Assembly: GCA_963668315.1 (NCBI GenBank)
Contig: OY764216.1
Span: 1,376,001 to 1,440,000, forward strand
Length of the DNA stretch: 64,000 nt
Reading direction: 5' to 3'
DNA from: Spirochaetia bacterium
Lineage (GTDB): Bacteria; Spirochaetota; Spirochaetia; DSM-2461
The position numbers and the translations under genes are program-made. Positions 1 through 9,716 of this stretch are shown here, one piece after another. Position 1 is the stretch's first letter; every line of letters starts with the position of its first letter. The notes beneath the pieces are model-generated. The model made no database searches. It was not told where the DNA came from and worked only from the letters and a program-made list of their open reading frames with translations.

Positions 1-45
1 AGGCTTGACGGTGAGCGTCATCAGGGTAATGATAATGGGGCGGGT

Positions 46-74
46 AAAAAAAGAGACTGCCCGAAGGCAGTCTC
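46..74 (-). terminator. Rho-independent terminator downstream of the flavoprotein gene
   Basis: GAGACTGCC-CGAA-GGCAGTCTC stem (UUCG loop on the minus strand) with a 7-A run, i.e. U-tract on minus. Confidence 0.85.
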
Positions 75-118
75 ATGCATTATGACTCAATGGCAATTAT
101 ACCGAAGTAAATGGTTGG

Positions 119-1999
119 TTATTTTACCGCGGCTGCCATAAGTTTTCCGGCTAATCTGCCCGACCCCAGAGCCAGACCGAAAGCGGAACCTTCGTTGTCG
201 TAGTAGGGGCTGGTATAAAGACTTCCCGCATCCAGACCGGCGGCGTAGAGGCCGGGTATGGGGTTATTCGAATCATCGATAACCCGCAGGGAGTCATCGA
301 CGCGTACGCCGCCCAGGGTACACCAGGCGCTCGGTTCGTATTCGAATACGTAAAAGGGGCCTTCCGACACAGGGATGAGGAAGGACTTATCCTTATAGAA
401 CTGCTCATCCCGTCCGGCCTCGCAGTAGGTATTGTATTCCGCTACAGTGGCGGGGAGGTTTTCCAGACCGAAATGGGCGCCCAGATCTTCAATGGTATCG
501 GCTTTGTAAGCCCAGCCCTGTTCAATGGCTTCCTGGAGCTGTTCCGGTGCTTTGTCAAGGATTTTGGCATGGGCGATGGAATCGGGGGCCGATGCGGAGA
601 GGTTCCTTTTTCCCGCTTCCCAGGAGTCGGGGCGGCCCAGCGTTTCGAAAATCCCGATTTTCGCCACGGAGTCGTAGTAGGCGGCGTCCATGACAGCGTA
701 GTACTTGTTCTCTCTTACGGTCGCTTCGGCGCCGCAGAGGGGGTTGTCGGCCATTTCCTTTTCGTTGAAGAAACGGTTGCCTTCCCTATTTACGAGAAGA
801 CCGCCGTAAATACCGAACCGCAGATTCTGATTGCAGTTAAAGCTCCAGGTTCCGGCCTTGGCGTTAGCCGCGGAAAATTCATTCGCGACGATACCCCAGT
901 TCCGATCTTCCGAACCGCCGGCGGCAAGGGCCATATCGATACCTTCACCGACGGAGAGGGTGTTTCCCAGGGGAATGATGTTGATATCGCCGAACTTTTC
1001 GTGGATTTTCTCTTCACTTCCCAGATAGCCGCCGGTGGCCAGGAGAACGACTTTCGCATGAATCGTCAGTTCCACATTTCCGGGCTGAGCCGCAACGACT
1101 CCTGTCACGGTGCCGTCTGCGTCCTGAACGAGGCTCGTTCCGCGGGTTTCGTAAAAGATCTTGCTGCCGTTGGCTTCTATCTCATCGGTGAGAAACTTCA
1201 TCCGGTCCACGCCTCTTTCCCGAAAGCCGTGGCGGGCCCGGAAACCGATTCCGTAGCTGTCGGGACGGAGCCAGACACCCATGCCCAGATCTTCAAAAAG
1301 ATCGATAGTTTCCCCCGTCTGGGAGAGGGCTTTCTTCAAAAGGCTTTCGTTGACGGTGTTTTTGGCGAAGCCGGACATATGGGTAAACAGAGTTTCAAGG
1401 GGCATATCCACACCCGCCTCTTTCTGCACGTTTGTTTCGGCGGCGATGGGACCCCCTGCATTGGCCCCGTTGCTTACTCCGGCGTTGGCGCCCTTTTCAA
1501 TAACGATGACATGGGCGCCCAGTTCGGACGCGGTCAGGGCGGCGGTCAGTCCCGCGGCTCCGGCTCCGACGACGACGATGTCGCAGGAGGCTTCTTTCTT
1601 TTCTGCTTTTGCCGTATCTTTTCCGCCGTTCTGTAGAGCGGCAAGATTACCGCCGGCCTGCTCAACACAGTCGGCAACGGCGCTGATAATCGCATTGGAT
1701 GTGTAAGTGGCCCCCGCGACGGTATCAATATTCAGAGACTGTTTGTCCACGATCGCCTGGGGAATTCTTTCCCGGGCCGGGTCGGAGATGCCGGGAGTTT
1801 CCTTACTGGAGATGATCTCCACGGACTGTATTTTCTTGGCGCTGAATTTTACCTGAACCTCTACCGGACCATTTTTGCCCTCCTGAGAGGACGTATATGT
1901 TCCGGCGGTGTAACTGTTTGCTCCTGACTGCCCGCAGCCCGTAACGCCGAAGAGCATAAGAGCGGCAAGAATCAGAGTAAGAAAAAGACCTTTTTTCAT
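119..1999 (-). CDS. Lipoprotein FAD-dependent oxidoreductase (flavocytochrome c / FAD_binding_2 family) with N-terminal FMN-binding domain
   Basis: Lipobox GVTG-C; FMN_bind with DTVAGAT; VVGAGAAG FAD motif; LATGG; TLGGV; IPGLYAAG. Confidence 0.9.
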   Translation of the reverse strand: MKKGLFLTLILAALMLFGVTGCGQSGANSYTAGTYTSSQEGKNGPVEVQVKFSAKKIQSVEIISSKETPGISDPARERIPQAIVDKQSLNIDTVAGATYTSNAIISAVADCVEQAGGNLAALQNGGKDTAKAEKKEASCDIVVVGAGAAGLTAALTASELGAHVIVIEKGANAGVSNGANAGGPIAAETNVQKEAGVDMPLETLFTHMSGFAKNTVNESLLKKALSQTGETIDLFEDLGMGVWLRPDSYGIGFRARHGFRERGVDRMKFLTDEIEANGSKIFYETRGTSLVQDADGTVTGVVAAQPGNVELTIHAKVVLLATGGYLGSEEKIHEKFGDINIIPLGNTLSVGEGIDMALAAGGSEDRNWGIVANEFSAANAKAGTWSFNCNQNLRFGIYGGLLVNREGNRFFNEKEMADNPLCGAEATVRENKYYAVMDAAYYDSVAKIGIFETLGRPDSWEAGKRNLSASAPDSIAHAKILDKAPEQLQEAIEQGWAYKADTIEDLGAHFGLENLPATVAEYNTYCEAGRDEQFYKDKSFLIPVSEGPFYVFEYEPSAWCTLGGVRVDDSLRVIDDSNNPIPGLYAAGLDAGSLYTSPYYDNEGSAFGLALGSGRLAGKLMAAAVK

Positions 2000-2040
2000 T
2001 ATTTGACCTATCCTTCAATTATAGATATTATTTTATCCAA

Positions 2041-2071
2041 AATATAAAGAATGCACCAAGTGCAGTGTCAA
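2041..2071 (-). promoter_or_regulatory. MerR-type promoter/operator for the flavoprotein gene
   Basis: Minus strand TTGACA-19 bp-TATATT with dyad TGCAC-ttg-GTGCA in the spacer. Confidence 0.85.
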
Positions 2072-2868
2072 GAGGATTTCGCCAGGGGAATTAAAATAAG
2101 CTGAAGCGCTTCGTCTCCGATTCGTAAATCCAATCCCTCAAAGTAGATAGATCCTCGCGGTGTGTAACCGATTTCCCTCGCGTGGTGAAGAGCCTTCTCT
2201 ATGATGTCCCTGGATATTTCCGGATATCCCAGGTTTTTTGAGAAAAATCTCAGGCATTCGCCGTTTCTTAAAAGACGAGAACCTTCCCTGTCTTTCTTTT
2301 CGAGAAGGGAGGCGTGCTTCGCGGGGATGGCAATTCCGAAATCCGGTTCTTCTCCCGTATCTTCCCCCTCCGCGGAAAGTTGTAATATGCGGCAGAAACG
2401 GGTCAGAGGGGACAGCTCTCCCCAGGAATTCAGCTTCTCATAACTGCTTATAGTAAAATCGTGGCTTTGAGAGGCGGGGAGGAAAAGGATGTCTTCCTCT
2501 TTGGATAGGGAATAATCCAGAAGCGTAACGGGGGAAGAGAATATTTTCTGGATTTTCTTCAGCGTTGAGATCCTGTATTCATTGATGATTCTCTGTTTTT
2601 TCAGCTCCCCGATCTGTGCCGCGGCAAAATCGGAGAGAGCCCTCTCGTCTTTCTCGCGAATGATCTGAACGGCCTCTTTGGTTGAAAATCCAAAAGACTG
2701 GAGCCGCTTGAATTTAATGATGACGAAGGCGTCCTGCAGAGTATAGGTTCTGTAGTTGTTTACCGGATTTTTCTGAGGATCGAGCAGCTGAATCCGTTCA
2801 TAGAAGCGCAGAGTGCTGAATTTCACACCCACCATCTCTATAAACTGCTTTGTCGAATAATACTCCAC
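2068..2868 (-). CDS. MerR family transcriptional regulator
   Basis: YSTKQFIEMVGVKFSTLRFYERIQLLDP..NNYRTY MerR HTH; GTG start at 2868 after a purine-rich RBS. Confidence 0.9.
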   Translation of the reverse strand: MEYYSTKQFIEMVGVKFSTLRFYERIQLLDPQKNPVNNYRTYTLQDAFVIIKFKRLQSFGFSTKEAVQIIREKDERALSDFAAAQIGELKKQRIINEYRISTLKKIQKIFSSPVTLLDYSLSKEEDILFLPASQSHDFTISSYEKLNSWGELSPLTRFCRILQLSAEGEDTGEEPDFGIAIPAKHASLLEKKDREGSRLLRNGECLRFFSKNLGYPEISRDIIEKALHHAREIGYTPRGSIYFEGLDLRIGDEALQLILIPLAKSS

Positions 2869-2917
2869 GGGTACTTCCTTTCCCCCGCTGGACGGGGGAT
2901 ATTCAGGGAGCTGTCTC

Positions 2918-4591
2918 CTACTCTTCGCCCCGTATTTCCACCCGGCGGATCTTTCCGCTGATCGTTTTGGGGAGCTCATCGACGAATTCGACGATGCGGG
3001 GGTATTTGTAGGGAGCCGTCACCTTCTTCACGTGGTTCTGAAGCTCCTTGGCCAGGGCATCCCCCGCCTTGGCTTTCCAGCTGTCGGCGAGCACGATCGT
3101 CGCTTTGACTATCTGACCGCGCATCTCATCGGGCACGGCGGTAATGGCGCATTCCAGAACACTCTCATGTTCCATCAGGGCGCTTTCCACCTCGAAGGGT
3201 CCGATCCTGTAACCGGAGCTTTTAATCACATCGTCCGTACGGCCGACGAACCAGAAAAAGCCGTCCTCATCCATCCAGGCTGTGTCTCCCGTGTAGTAAA
3301 CACCGTCGTGGTAGACCGATGAAGTAAGGGCCTCATCCCTGTAGTATCCTTTGAACAGTCCCACCGGCTTGAACTTGTCCAGCAGAATCACAATCTGTCC
3401 CACATCCCCCGGCGCGCAGAAGTTTCCCTCGTTATCCATTATGGCGATATTGTAGCCCGGGGCCGGTTTGCCCATGGAGCCCGGCTTGGGGGTCATTCCG
3501 GTAAAGCAGCCTATCGTGAGGGTCAGCTCCGTCTGACCGTAGCCTTCCATCAGCTCGAGGCCGGTGAGCGCTTTAAACTGATTGAAGACCTCCGGATTCA
3601 GCGGTTCTCCCGCCACGGCGCAGTACTTGAGGGACGAGAGATCGTATTGGCTCAGATCCTCGGCGATCATATACCGGTAGATCGTCGGCGGTGCGCAGAA
3701 GGTCGTCACCTTGAAGTCGGAAAGTTTCTTGAGCAGATGGGCGGGAACAAAGGCGTCCATATCGTAGACGAATACGGCGCTGCCGCAGAGCCACTGGCCG
3801 TAGATCTTGCCCCATACCGCTTTTGCCCATCCCGTGTCGGCCACGGTGAGGTGAAGCCCGTCGTTAATCACATTCTGCCAGTATTTGGCCGTTACGATAT
3901 GCCCCAGGGGATAGGAGAAATCGTGCTGGACCATTTTGGGGTTTCCCGTGGTCCCCGAAGTGAAATAGAGAAGGGACGTGTCGTCCAGGGTGGGCAGCTC
4001 GGAAGCTTCCGGCTTCACAAAATCGGCGCTCTCCTTTTCTATGGCGGCGTTGAAATCGATCCAGCCCGAATCCAGTCCTTCAGGAACATTGCTGCCGCTG
4101 GCCACATAGGCTCTGTACTTCAGGGTTTCCGAATCGGCCAGGGAATCGTCTATATGTCTGATGACTTCCTCATCGCCGACGGCAACGATCATCTTGATTC
4201 CGGCGGCGTTATTTCTGTAGACGATATCCTTCTTTGTTAAAAGGTGGGTAGCCGGAACGGCGGCGGCTCCGATTTTATGGAGAGCCAGGAGGCAGAACCA
4301 GAACTCGTACCGCCTCTTAAGGATCAGCATGACCGGATCGCCCTTCTTTATTCCCAGGCCTTTGAAGAAATTAGCCGTTTTATCGGTAAGAGCTCTGAGC
4401 TCCCTGAAAGTGAAAGTGCGGTCCTCATCGTTGTCATTGCACCAGACAATGGCTTTTTTGTCCGGTTCGTTTTCTGCATACCAGTCCACCACATCGTAGG
4501 CGAAATTAAAATCTTCAGGCACGTTTACCCGAAAATCCTTCTGCAGATCTTCATAGCGGCTGGATTCGCCGCTGATATATTTTTTATACAT
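2918..4591 (-). CDS. Acyl-CoA synthetase (AMP-forming, short/medium-chain type)
   Basis: [53 protein letters not shown] before ATG 4591. Confidence 0.93.
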   Translation of the reverse strand: MYKKYISGESSRYEDLQKDFRVNVPEDFNFAYDVVDWYAENEPDKKAIVWCNDNDEDRTFTFRELRALTDKTANFFKGLGIKKGDPVMLILKRRYEFWFCLLALHKIGAAAVPATHLLTKKDIVYRNNAAGIKMIVAVGDEEVIRHIDDSLADSETLKYRAYVASGSNVPEGLDSGWIDFNAAIEKESADFVKPEASELPTLDDTSLLYFTSGTTGNPKMVQHDFSYPLGHIVTAKYWQNVINDGLHLTVADTGWAKAVWGKIYGQWLCGSAVFVYDMDAFVPAHLLKKLSDFKVTTFCAPPTIYRYMIAEDLSQYDLSSLKYCAVAGEPLNPEVFNQFKALTGLELMEGYGQTELTLTIGCFTGMTPKPGSMGKPAPGYNIAIMDNEGNFCAPGDVGQIVILLDKFKPVGLFKGYYRDEALTSSVYHDGVYYTGDTAWMDEDGFFWFVGRTDDVIKSSGYRIGPFEVESALMEHESVLECAITAVPDEMRGQIVKATIVLADSWKAKAGDALAKELQNHVKKVTAPYKYPRIVEFVDELPKTISGKIRRVEIRGEE

Positions 4592-4617
4592 TAGTAACAC
4601 TCCTGTTGTATTTTGAA

Positions 4618-5169
4618 TTAGAATATGACGGCCAGGAATTCGGCCGGACCTTCCTGGGTCTGCATGCCGTGGGGCCTGGTCGAGTCGAAGTAGACCGAAT
4701 CCCCCGCATCCAGATCGTATTCCCTGCCGTCGTGAAAGAACTTTATCCGGCCCTTGAGAATGTAGTTGAATTCCTGGCCCGGATGGGTATTCAGTTCCGG
4801 TTCGCTGTCCCCTGCCTTCGGATCCACCGTCACGAGGAAAGGTTCGGCCTTTCTATCGGCAAAGTTATAGGCAAGGCTCAAGTAACCGTAGGGATTCCGG
4901 CGGTTAACCCTGACGCCCTCATTGTTCCGTGTGATGGTTATTGAGTGCAGGTGGGGGCCGTCTCCGGTGAGAAGGGCGGTGAGTTCCACCCGGAAGAATC
5001 GGGCTATTGAATGGAGAACGCCCACGGGTATGTCATGCTCTCCGCTTTCGTAGGAGAGATAGGCTTCCTTCGTAACAGCGCAGGCGGCAGCAACCGTTTC
5101 GGGCTCTTCTCCCGAAATGTTCCGTAGTTCGACAATCCTCTGGGCAATTAATTTTATCTGTTCATCCAT
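4618..5169 (-). CDS. XRE-family HTH + cupin transcriptional regulator
   Basis: N-terminal HTH ([16 protein letters not shown]); cupin [20 protein letters not shown]; usual partner of this acyl-CoA synthetase type. Confidence 0.88.
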   Translation of the reverse strand: MDEQIKLIAQRIVELRNISGEEPETVAAACAVTKEAYLSYESGEHDIPVGVLHSIARFFRVELTALLTGDGPHLHSITITRNNEGVRVNRRNPYGYLSLAYNFADRKAEPFLVTVDPKAGDSEPELNTHPGQEFNYILKGRIKFFHDGREYDLDAGDSVYFDSTRPHGMQTQEGPAEFLAVIF

Positions 5170-5190
5170 AAAGCAACCTCCCGATCAGCC

Positions 5191-5736
5191 TTAATTAAAA
5201 TTCATAGTCAGTAAATTCTCCTCTTTCTCCAACAGCCGCACGGAGAAAGAACCGCCTTCGATCACACCGAAGGAAGGGGCAAATCCGCCTTTGGGAAGAG
5301 ATATCGAACCGGGATTGAAATAGCATACTCCTTCCCGCTCTTCCAGAACGGGAATATGGGTATGTCCCGAAAGTCTTACATCTCCCGGCATTAGAGCGGG
5401 CAGACGGGATGCATCAAGGTGGCCATGGGTCAGGATAAAGCGATGATCCCCCCCCTCATATATAGCGTAATCGGCCATAATGGGAAATTCAAGGAGCATC
5501 TGATCCACTTCACTGTCACAATTGCCCCGGATAGCCAGAATCTCCCCCTTGAGCGGGTTCAGGGACTCCACCACACCGGGAGGGGCATAACCGTCGGGCA
5601 GAGGGTTGCGGGGGCCGTGATAGAGGATATCTCCCAGGATGAATAATCTGTCAAATAATTCTTTTTTATAGATAGCCAGCGCCTTTTCCAGGGCCGGCGT
5701 TTTGCCGTGAACATCGGATAAGATCATGATTTTCAT
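5191..5736 (-). CDS. yfcE: YfcE-family metallophosphodiesterase
   Basis: SDVHG, GDILYHGPRNPLP, RGNCDSEVDQM, THGH, GHTH, NPGS. Confidence 0.9.
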   Translation of the reverse strand: MKIMILSDVHGKTPALEKALAIYKKELFDRLFILGDILYHGPRNPLPDGYAPPGVVESLNPLKGEILAIRGNCDSEVDQMLLEFPIMADYAIYEGGDHRFILTHGHLDASRLPALMPGDVRLSGHTHIPVLEEREGVCYFNPGSISLPKGGFAPSFGVIEGGSFSVRLLEKEENLLTMNFN

Positions 5737-5941
5737 TTTTTTCTTTCCTTTTTGCCTATTGTGTCATAAAAAGAAGGGGAAGACAAGAGATTCCGTGGGT
5801 TCCGGGGGGGAGAATAAATCCTATATTTTCCCGTAATTCATTGACAATTTATAATAAATGAACCATATTCGTTTTTAATGGCTTTAAGACTTACAACGTG
5901 GTCTTATCGTATATTATATTCTTGTGTAGCAGGTAAATATA

Positions 5942-6547
5942 TTGGCTGTATGGGATCTTAAGAAACATCTTGATCGAATTTACAGGAAAAATCCCCAAAA
6001 CAATTCCTATATCATAGATATACAAATCAATCACTACCGTGATCTTTTCAATGATCTGGATCCTTCTCCCCTCAGGAAAAGGGATCTGGATCAGGATTTC
6101 ATCGCCTATCTGGAGGAATCCTCCGCCGAGATACCCGTAAAGTACCCCATTGAACTTGAGATTCACTGCGCCTTCTCCGAAGAACTGAAGGAGAGGGAAG
6201 AGCGGATCCGCATGGGGGTGCAGACCTATTACCGCTCCCTGCTGCTCAGCACCGATCATAAGATTTTTCTGACCCTCAGAAGAAGTTTGTTCTATCTGGC
6301 GGTGGGGGGACTGTTTCTTTTCCTCTCCTTTTTCCTGTCCCCTAAGCTCAGGGAGGGATATATCGACCGCATCATAATAGAAGGAATGAATATAGGGGGA
6401 TGGGTTTTCGTCTGGGAAGCACTGGCCTCCCTTTCATTTACCCTCAGCCGGCTCAGGAAAGAGAAAAAAAGACTTCTCCGCTTGATGGAGGGGGGTATTC
6501 GATTTCAGTACAAAGATAAGGAGGACTATCATGACACTGCTCGATAA
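5942..6547 (+). CDS. Hypothetical membrane protein (two C-terminal TM helices)
   Basis: ORF overlapping the next gene; DLFNDLDPSP..RDL motif; hydrophobic C-terminal segments; start uncertain. Confidence 0.7.
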   Translation: MAVWDLKKHLDRIYRKNPQNNSYIIDIQINHYRDLFNDLDPSPLRKRDLDQDFIAYLEESSAEIPVKYPIELEIHCAFSEELKEREERIRMGVQTYYRSLLLSTDHKIFLTLRRSLFYLAVGGLFLFLSFFLSPKLREGYIDRIIIEGMNIGGWVFVWEALASLSFTLSRLRKEKKRLLRLMEGGIRFQYKDKEDYHDTAR

Positions 6548-7592
6548 CGCCCGGGGAGAACTGAATTCCGTCTATGATGATATAGGGAGCCTCAGGTCCC
6601 AGGTCGTGGACCGGAACCTCTCCCAGGCACAGCGCTCGGAAGCCTACGGGGACATTATTGCCTCCCAAGTGGGCGACTCTTTCATGGCCCGGGCACGGAA
6701 CCTGGAGAGGGAGTACGGATTCAAACAGCTTTATCTGAAGTTTGAGGGCTCCAATCCCTCGGGTACCCAGAAGGACCGCATCGCCTTCGCCCAGGTGGAG
6801 GATGCCTTCCGGCAGGGATACACCCAGATTGTTTTCGCCACCTGCGGAAATTACGGTGTGGCCCTTGCCTTTGCCGCGTCCCTGGCGGGACTATCCTGCC
6901 TTATCTATATCCCCGAAACATACCACACGCCCCGGGAAGATGAGATGAAGCAGTGGGGCGCCACCATAATCAGGGCGGGCAGGGATTATGAGGAAGCCGT
7001 GGTCCTTTCCAGCGAGAGGGCAGCCGTGGGGGAATTCTATGATGCCAACCCCGGCTCCATCAATACGGATATTCAGCTCAAGGCATACGGGGAAATCGCC
7101 TCGGAGATCTATGATGAACTGCGGGACGCTCCCGCCGCCGTGGCCGTCCCCGTCTCCAACGGGACCACCCTGGCGGGGATCTACAAGGGGTTCCAGACTC
7201 TGTTCCGACGGGGAAAAATATCCCGCATGCCCCGGATGATCGCCGGTTCCTCCAGCGGGAAGAACCCCATCGTCAGCAGCTACCTCAAAGGCTACGATAC
7301 TTACAGGGACCTGGACCCGTCCCGCATACGGGAGAGCCAGGTTAACGAACCTCTGATAAACTGGCACTCCATAGACGGGGAGCTGGCTTTTCAGGCGGTT
7401 AAGGAGAGCGGGGGCTGGGCCGGGAATGTCTCGGATAAAACCATGACCGGCTTTTCCCGCTTCATCAAGAGTCACGAAGGGCTGTCCGTGCTTCCCGCTT
7501 CTACGGCGGGATTGAGCGCCCTTATCGACAGACATAAATCAGAACCTCTGCCGGGAGACCGGTATGTGGCCGTATTAACGGGGAGAAAATAG
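6531..7592 (+). CDS. PLP-dependent enzyme, threonine synthase-like (fold type II)
   Basis: LYLKFEGSNPSGTQKDR (PLP lysine), TCGNYG, VPVSNGT, VAVLTG. Confidence 0.85.
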   Translation: MTLLDNARGELNSVYDDIGSLRSQVVDRNLSQAQRSEAYGDIIASQVGDSFMARARNLEREYGFKQLYLKFEGSNPSGTQKDRIAFAQVEDAFRQGYTQIVFATCGNYGVALAFAASLAGLSCLIYIPETYHTPREDEMKQWGATIIRAGRDYEEAVVLSSERAAVGEFYDANPGSINTDIQLKAYGEIASEIYDELRDAPAAVAVPVSNGTTLAGIYKGFQTLFRRGKISRMPRMIAGSSSGKNPIVSSYLKGYDTYRDLDPSRIRESQVNEPLINWHSIDGELAFQAVKESGGWAGNVSDKTMTGFSRFIKSHEGLSVLPASTAGLSALIDRHKSEPLPGDRYVAVLTGRK

Positions 7593-7593
7593 A

Positions 7594-8655
7594 ATGGAAT
7601 TTGAAGGAAACGGTGTCGTCTACTGCGAAGGGGGCTTTGCCACAACATACGGTAAAACGGCTCACGGCCTGGTACGCTTTACCGAGCGCTACCGTATCGT
7701 CGCCGTGATAGACAGCACTCTGGAGGGTGAGCCGGACGGGGGAGAATTTCTGGACGGCAGACCCAAGGGGATCCCCGTTGTAAAGGATCTGGCCCGGGCG
7801 TTTCAGATCGCCGGGGAAAAGAACCTCGAACTGACCCACTTCATCATAGGGCTGGCCACGGACGGCGGCTACCTGACCGACGAAATCCGCCATGCCGTAA
7901 AAGATGCCCTTGAGCATGGGCTTAACGCCGATTCGGGCCTCCATGATTACCTTAATGATGACCCCGAACTCTCTTCCCTGGCCGCCCGCAAAGGATTGGT
8001 CCTCAGGGATATCCGACGGCCTTCGGAGGGAAGCAATCACATGTTCAGCGGAAAAATAAGCCAGGTCACCTCCCGGCGTATCGCCCTTCTGGGAACCGAT
8101 TCGGCTCTGGGAAAGCGTACCACCGCCTGGCTCCTTGTTCACGGCCTTCGCGGGAAGGGGCTTCCTTCCGAACTCATCGGGACGGGACAGACCGCCTGGC
8201 TGCAGGGGGCCCGGTACAGCCTGGTTCTGGATTCCCTGGTGAACGACTACGTCAGCGGGGAACTGGAAGAGGCGACCTGGCGGGCCTGGAGTGAGCAGAA
8301 GCCCGATTTTCTGGTGATCGAGGGGCAGGGCAGCCTGATGAACCCCGCCTATCCCGGGGGATTCGAGATTCTGGCCGCCTGTCGGCCCGACGGTATCATC
8401 ATGCAGCACGCTCCCGCCCGGGAGGAGTACGACGGCTTTCCCGGTTTTCCCATAGACTCCCTGGCAGATCAGATTTTTCTGGTTCAGTTCCTCTCCAAGA
8501 AAAAAGTCATCGGTATCACCATAAATCACGAAGGGATGGACAAATCCGAGATAGCCGGCGTGTGCCGGAAGCTGGAAGCCGAACACCATATCCCCGTATG
8601 CGATCCGCTGGTGGAGGGAATCGACAAAATGGTGGAAGCGGTAAGGGCTCTATGA
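7594..8655 (+). CDS. DUF1611 family protein (DgcN-like putative N-acetyltransferase)
   Basis: GKTAHGLVR, SGLH, GTDSALGKRTT, TGQT, IEGQGSL. Confidence 0.85.
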   Translation: MEFEGNGVVYCEGGFATTYGKTAHGLVRFTERYRIVAVIDSTLEGEPDGGEFLDGRPKGIPVVKDLARAFQIAGEKNLELTHFIIGLATDGGYLTDEIRHAVKDALEHGLNADSGLHDYLNDDPELSSLAARKGLVLRDIRRPSEGSNHMFSGKISQVTSRRIALLGTDSALGKRTTAWLLVHGLRGKGLPSELIGTGQTAWLQGARYSLVLDSLVNDYVSGELEEATWRAWSEQKPDFLVIEGQGSLMNPAYPGGFEILAACRPDGIIMQHAPAREEYDGFPGFPIDSLADQIFLVQFLSKKKVIGITINHEGMDKSEIAGVCRKLEAEHHIPVCDPLVEGIDKMVEAVRAL

Positions 8656-9716
8656 AAATCGACCGGATCGAACTGATCCCCCTCTCCCTGAAGCTTAAGA
8701 ATCCCTACTCCGTCGCCTATCACTACTTTGACCGGGCGGACCATCTGTTCATTCGTCTTGAATCGGGCGGCATTATCGGCTGGGGCTGCATGGCTCCGGA
8801 CGTTTTCGTCACCGGGGAATCGATAGAGAAAATCCTGCCCGAAGTCACCGATGCTCTGCCCGATCTTCTCAAGGGCAGCGATCCTTTCAGGCGGGTGAAG
8901 CTGCTGGATCGGATCAAAAAGCATTTCCCCGATTATCCCGGTGTCCGGGCTGCCGTGGATATGGCTTTATGGGACCTTATGGGCCATTACGCCGGGCTTC
9001 CCCTCTGGAAGATCATCGGCGGTTACCGGTCCCGTATCGAGACCAGCGTCACCATCGGAATCTGTTCCCTGGAGGAGACCCTGGAACAGGCGGAGGATTT
9101 TCTGGCCCGGGGATTCAATATCCTCAAAGTAAAGGGCGGGATTAATCCCGAGGAAGACGCGGAGCGTATGATAGCTCTCCATGAGAAATGGGGAAGCCGC
9201 ATACGGCTCCGGTTCGACGCCAACCAGGGCTATGACGTGCCGCAGACCTTGGATTTCCTTGATCGGATCCATAAGGTTCCCATCGAGCTCCTTGAACAGC
9301 CGACGGTCAAAAGGGACACCGATGCCCTGGGCGTGGTTACCAACCGTTCCTCTGTGCCTGTTATGGCCGACGAAAGTCTCCTTTCCCTTATGGATGCCTT
9401 CAAACTGGCCCGGAAAGGGCTCGTGGACATGATGAATATCAAAATCATGAAAGTGGGGGGGATCACCGAAGCGGTTCAGGTGGACAGCGTGGCCCAGTCG
9501 GCGAAAATAAAGGTCATGGTCGGGTGCATGGACGAATCGGCCCTGGGAATTTCTGCGGGGCTCCATTTCGCCCTGAGCCGTAAGAATATCCTTTATGCCG
9601 ATCTTGACGGACATCTGGACATTCTGGATGATCCTGCCGAAGGAACGGTGATCCTTAAGAAAGGGTGCCTATACCCCTCCGATGAACCGGGTCTGGGTTT
9701 CGCCGGACTGAATTAA
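8652..9716 (+). CDS. Enolase-superfamily dipeptide epimerase / N-acyl amino acid racemase
   Basis: KVK, DANQG, EQP, ADES, NIKIMKVGG, GCM, DLD motifs; ATGA overlap with the upstream gene. Confidence 0.9.
   Translation: MKIDRIELIPLSLKLKNPYSVAYHYFDRADHLFIRLESGGIIGWGCMAPDVFVTGESIEKILPEVTDALPDLLKGSDPFRRVKLLDRIKKHFPDYPGVRAAVDMALWDLMGHYAGLPLWKIIGGYRSRIETSVTIGICSLEETLEQAEDFLARGFNILKVKGGINPEEDAERMIALHEKWGSRIRLRFDANQGYDVPQTLDFLDRIHKVPIELLEQPTVKRDTDALGVVTNRSSVPVMADESLLSLMDAFKLARKGLVDMMNIKIMKVGGITEAVQVDSVAQSAKIKVMVGCMDESALGISAGLHFALSRKNILYADLDGHLDILDDPAEGTVILKKGCLYPSDEPGLGFAGLN

Noticed and set aside
1..45. Possible gene fragment at the window start
   Set aside because: Too short to assign strand or product.
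473..1636. 387-aa + strand ORF
   Set aside because: Antisense shadow of the flavoprotein gene; no motifs of its own.
119..1999. Calling either flavoprotein a fumarate reductase or cytochrome
   Set aside because: Catalytic His/Arg motifs are replaced and no CxxCH heme motif is seen.
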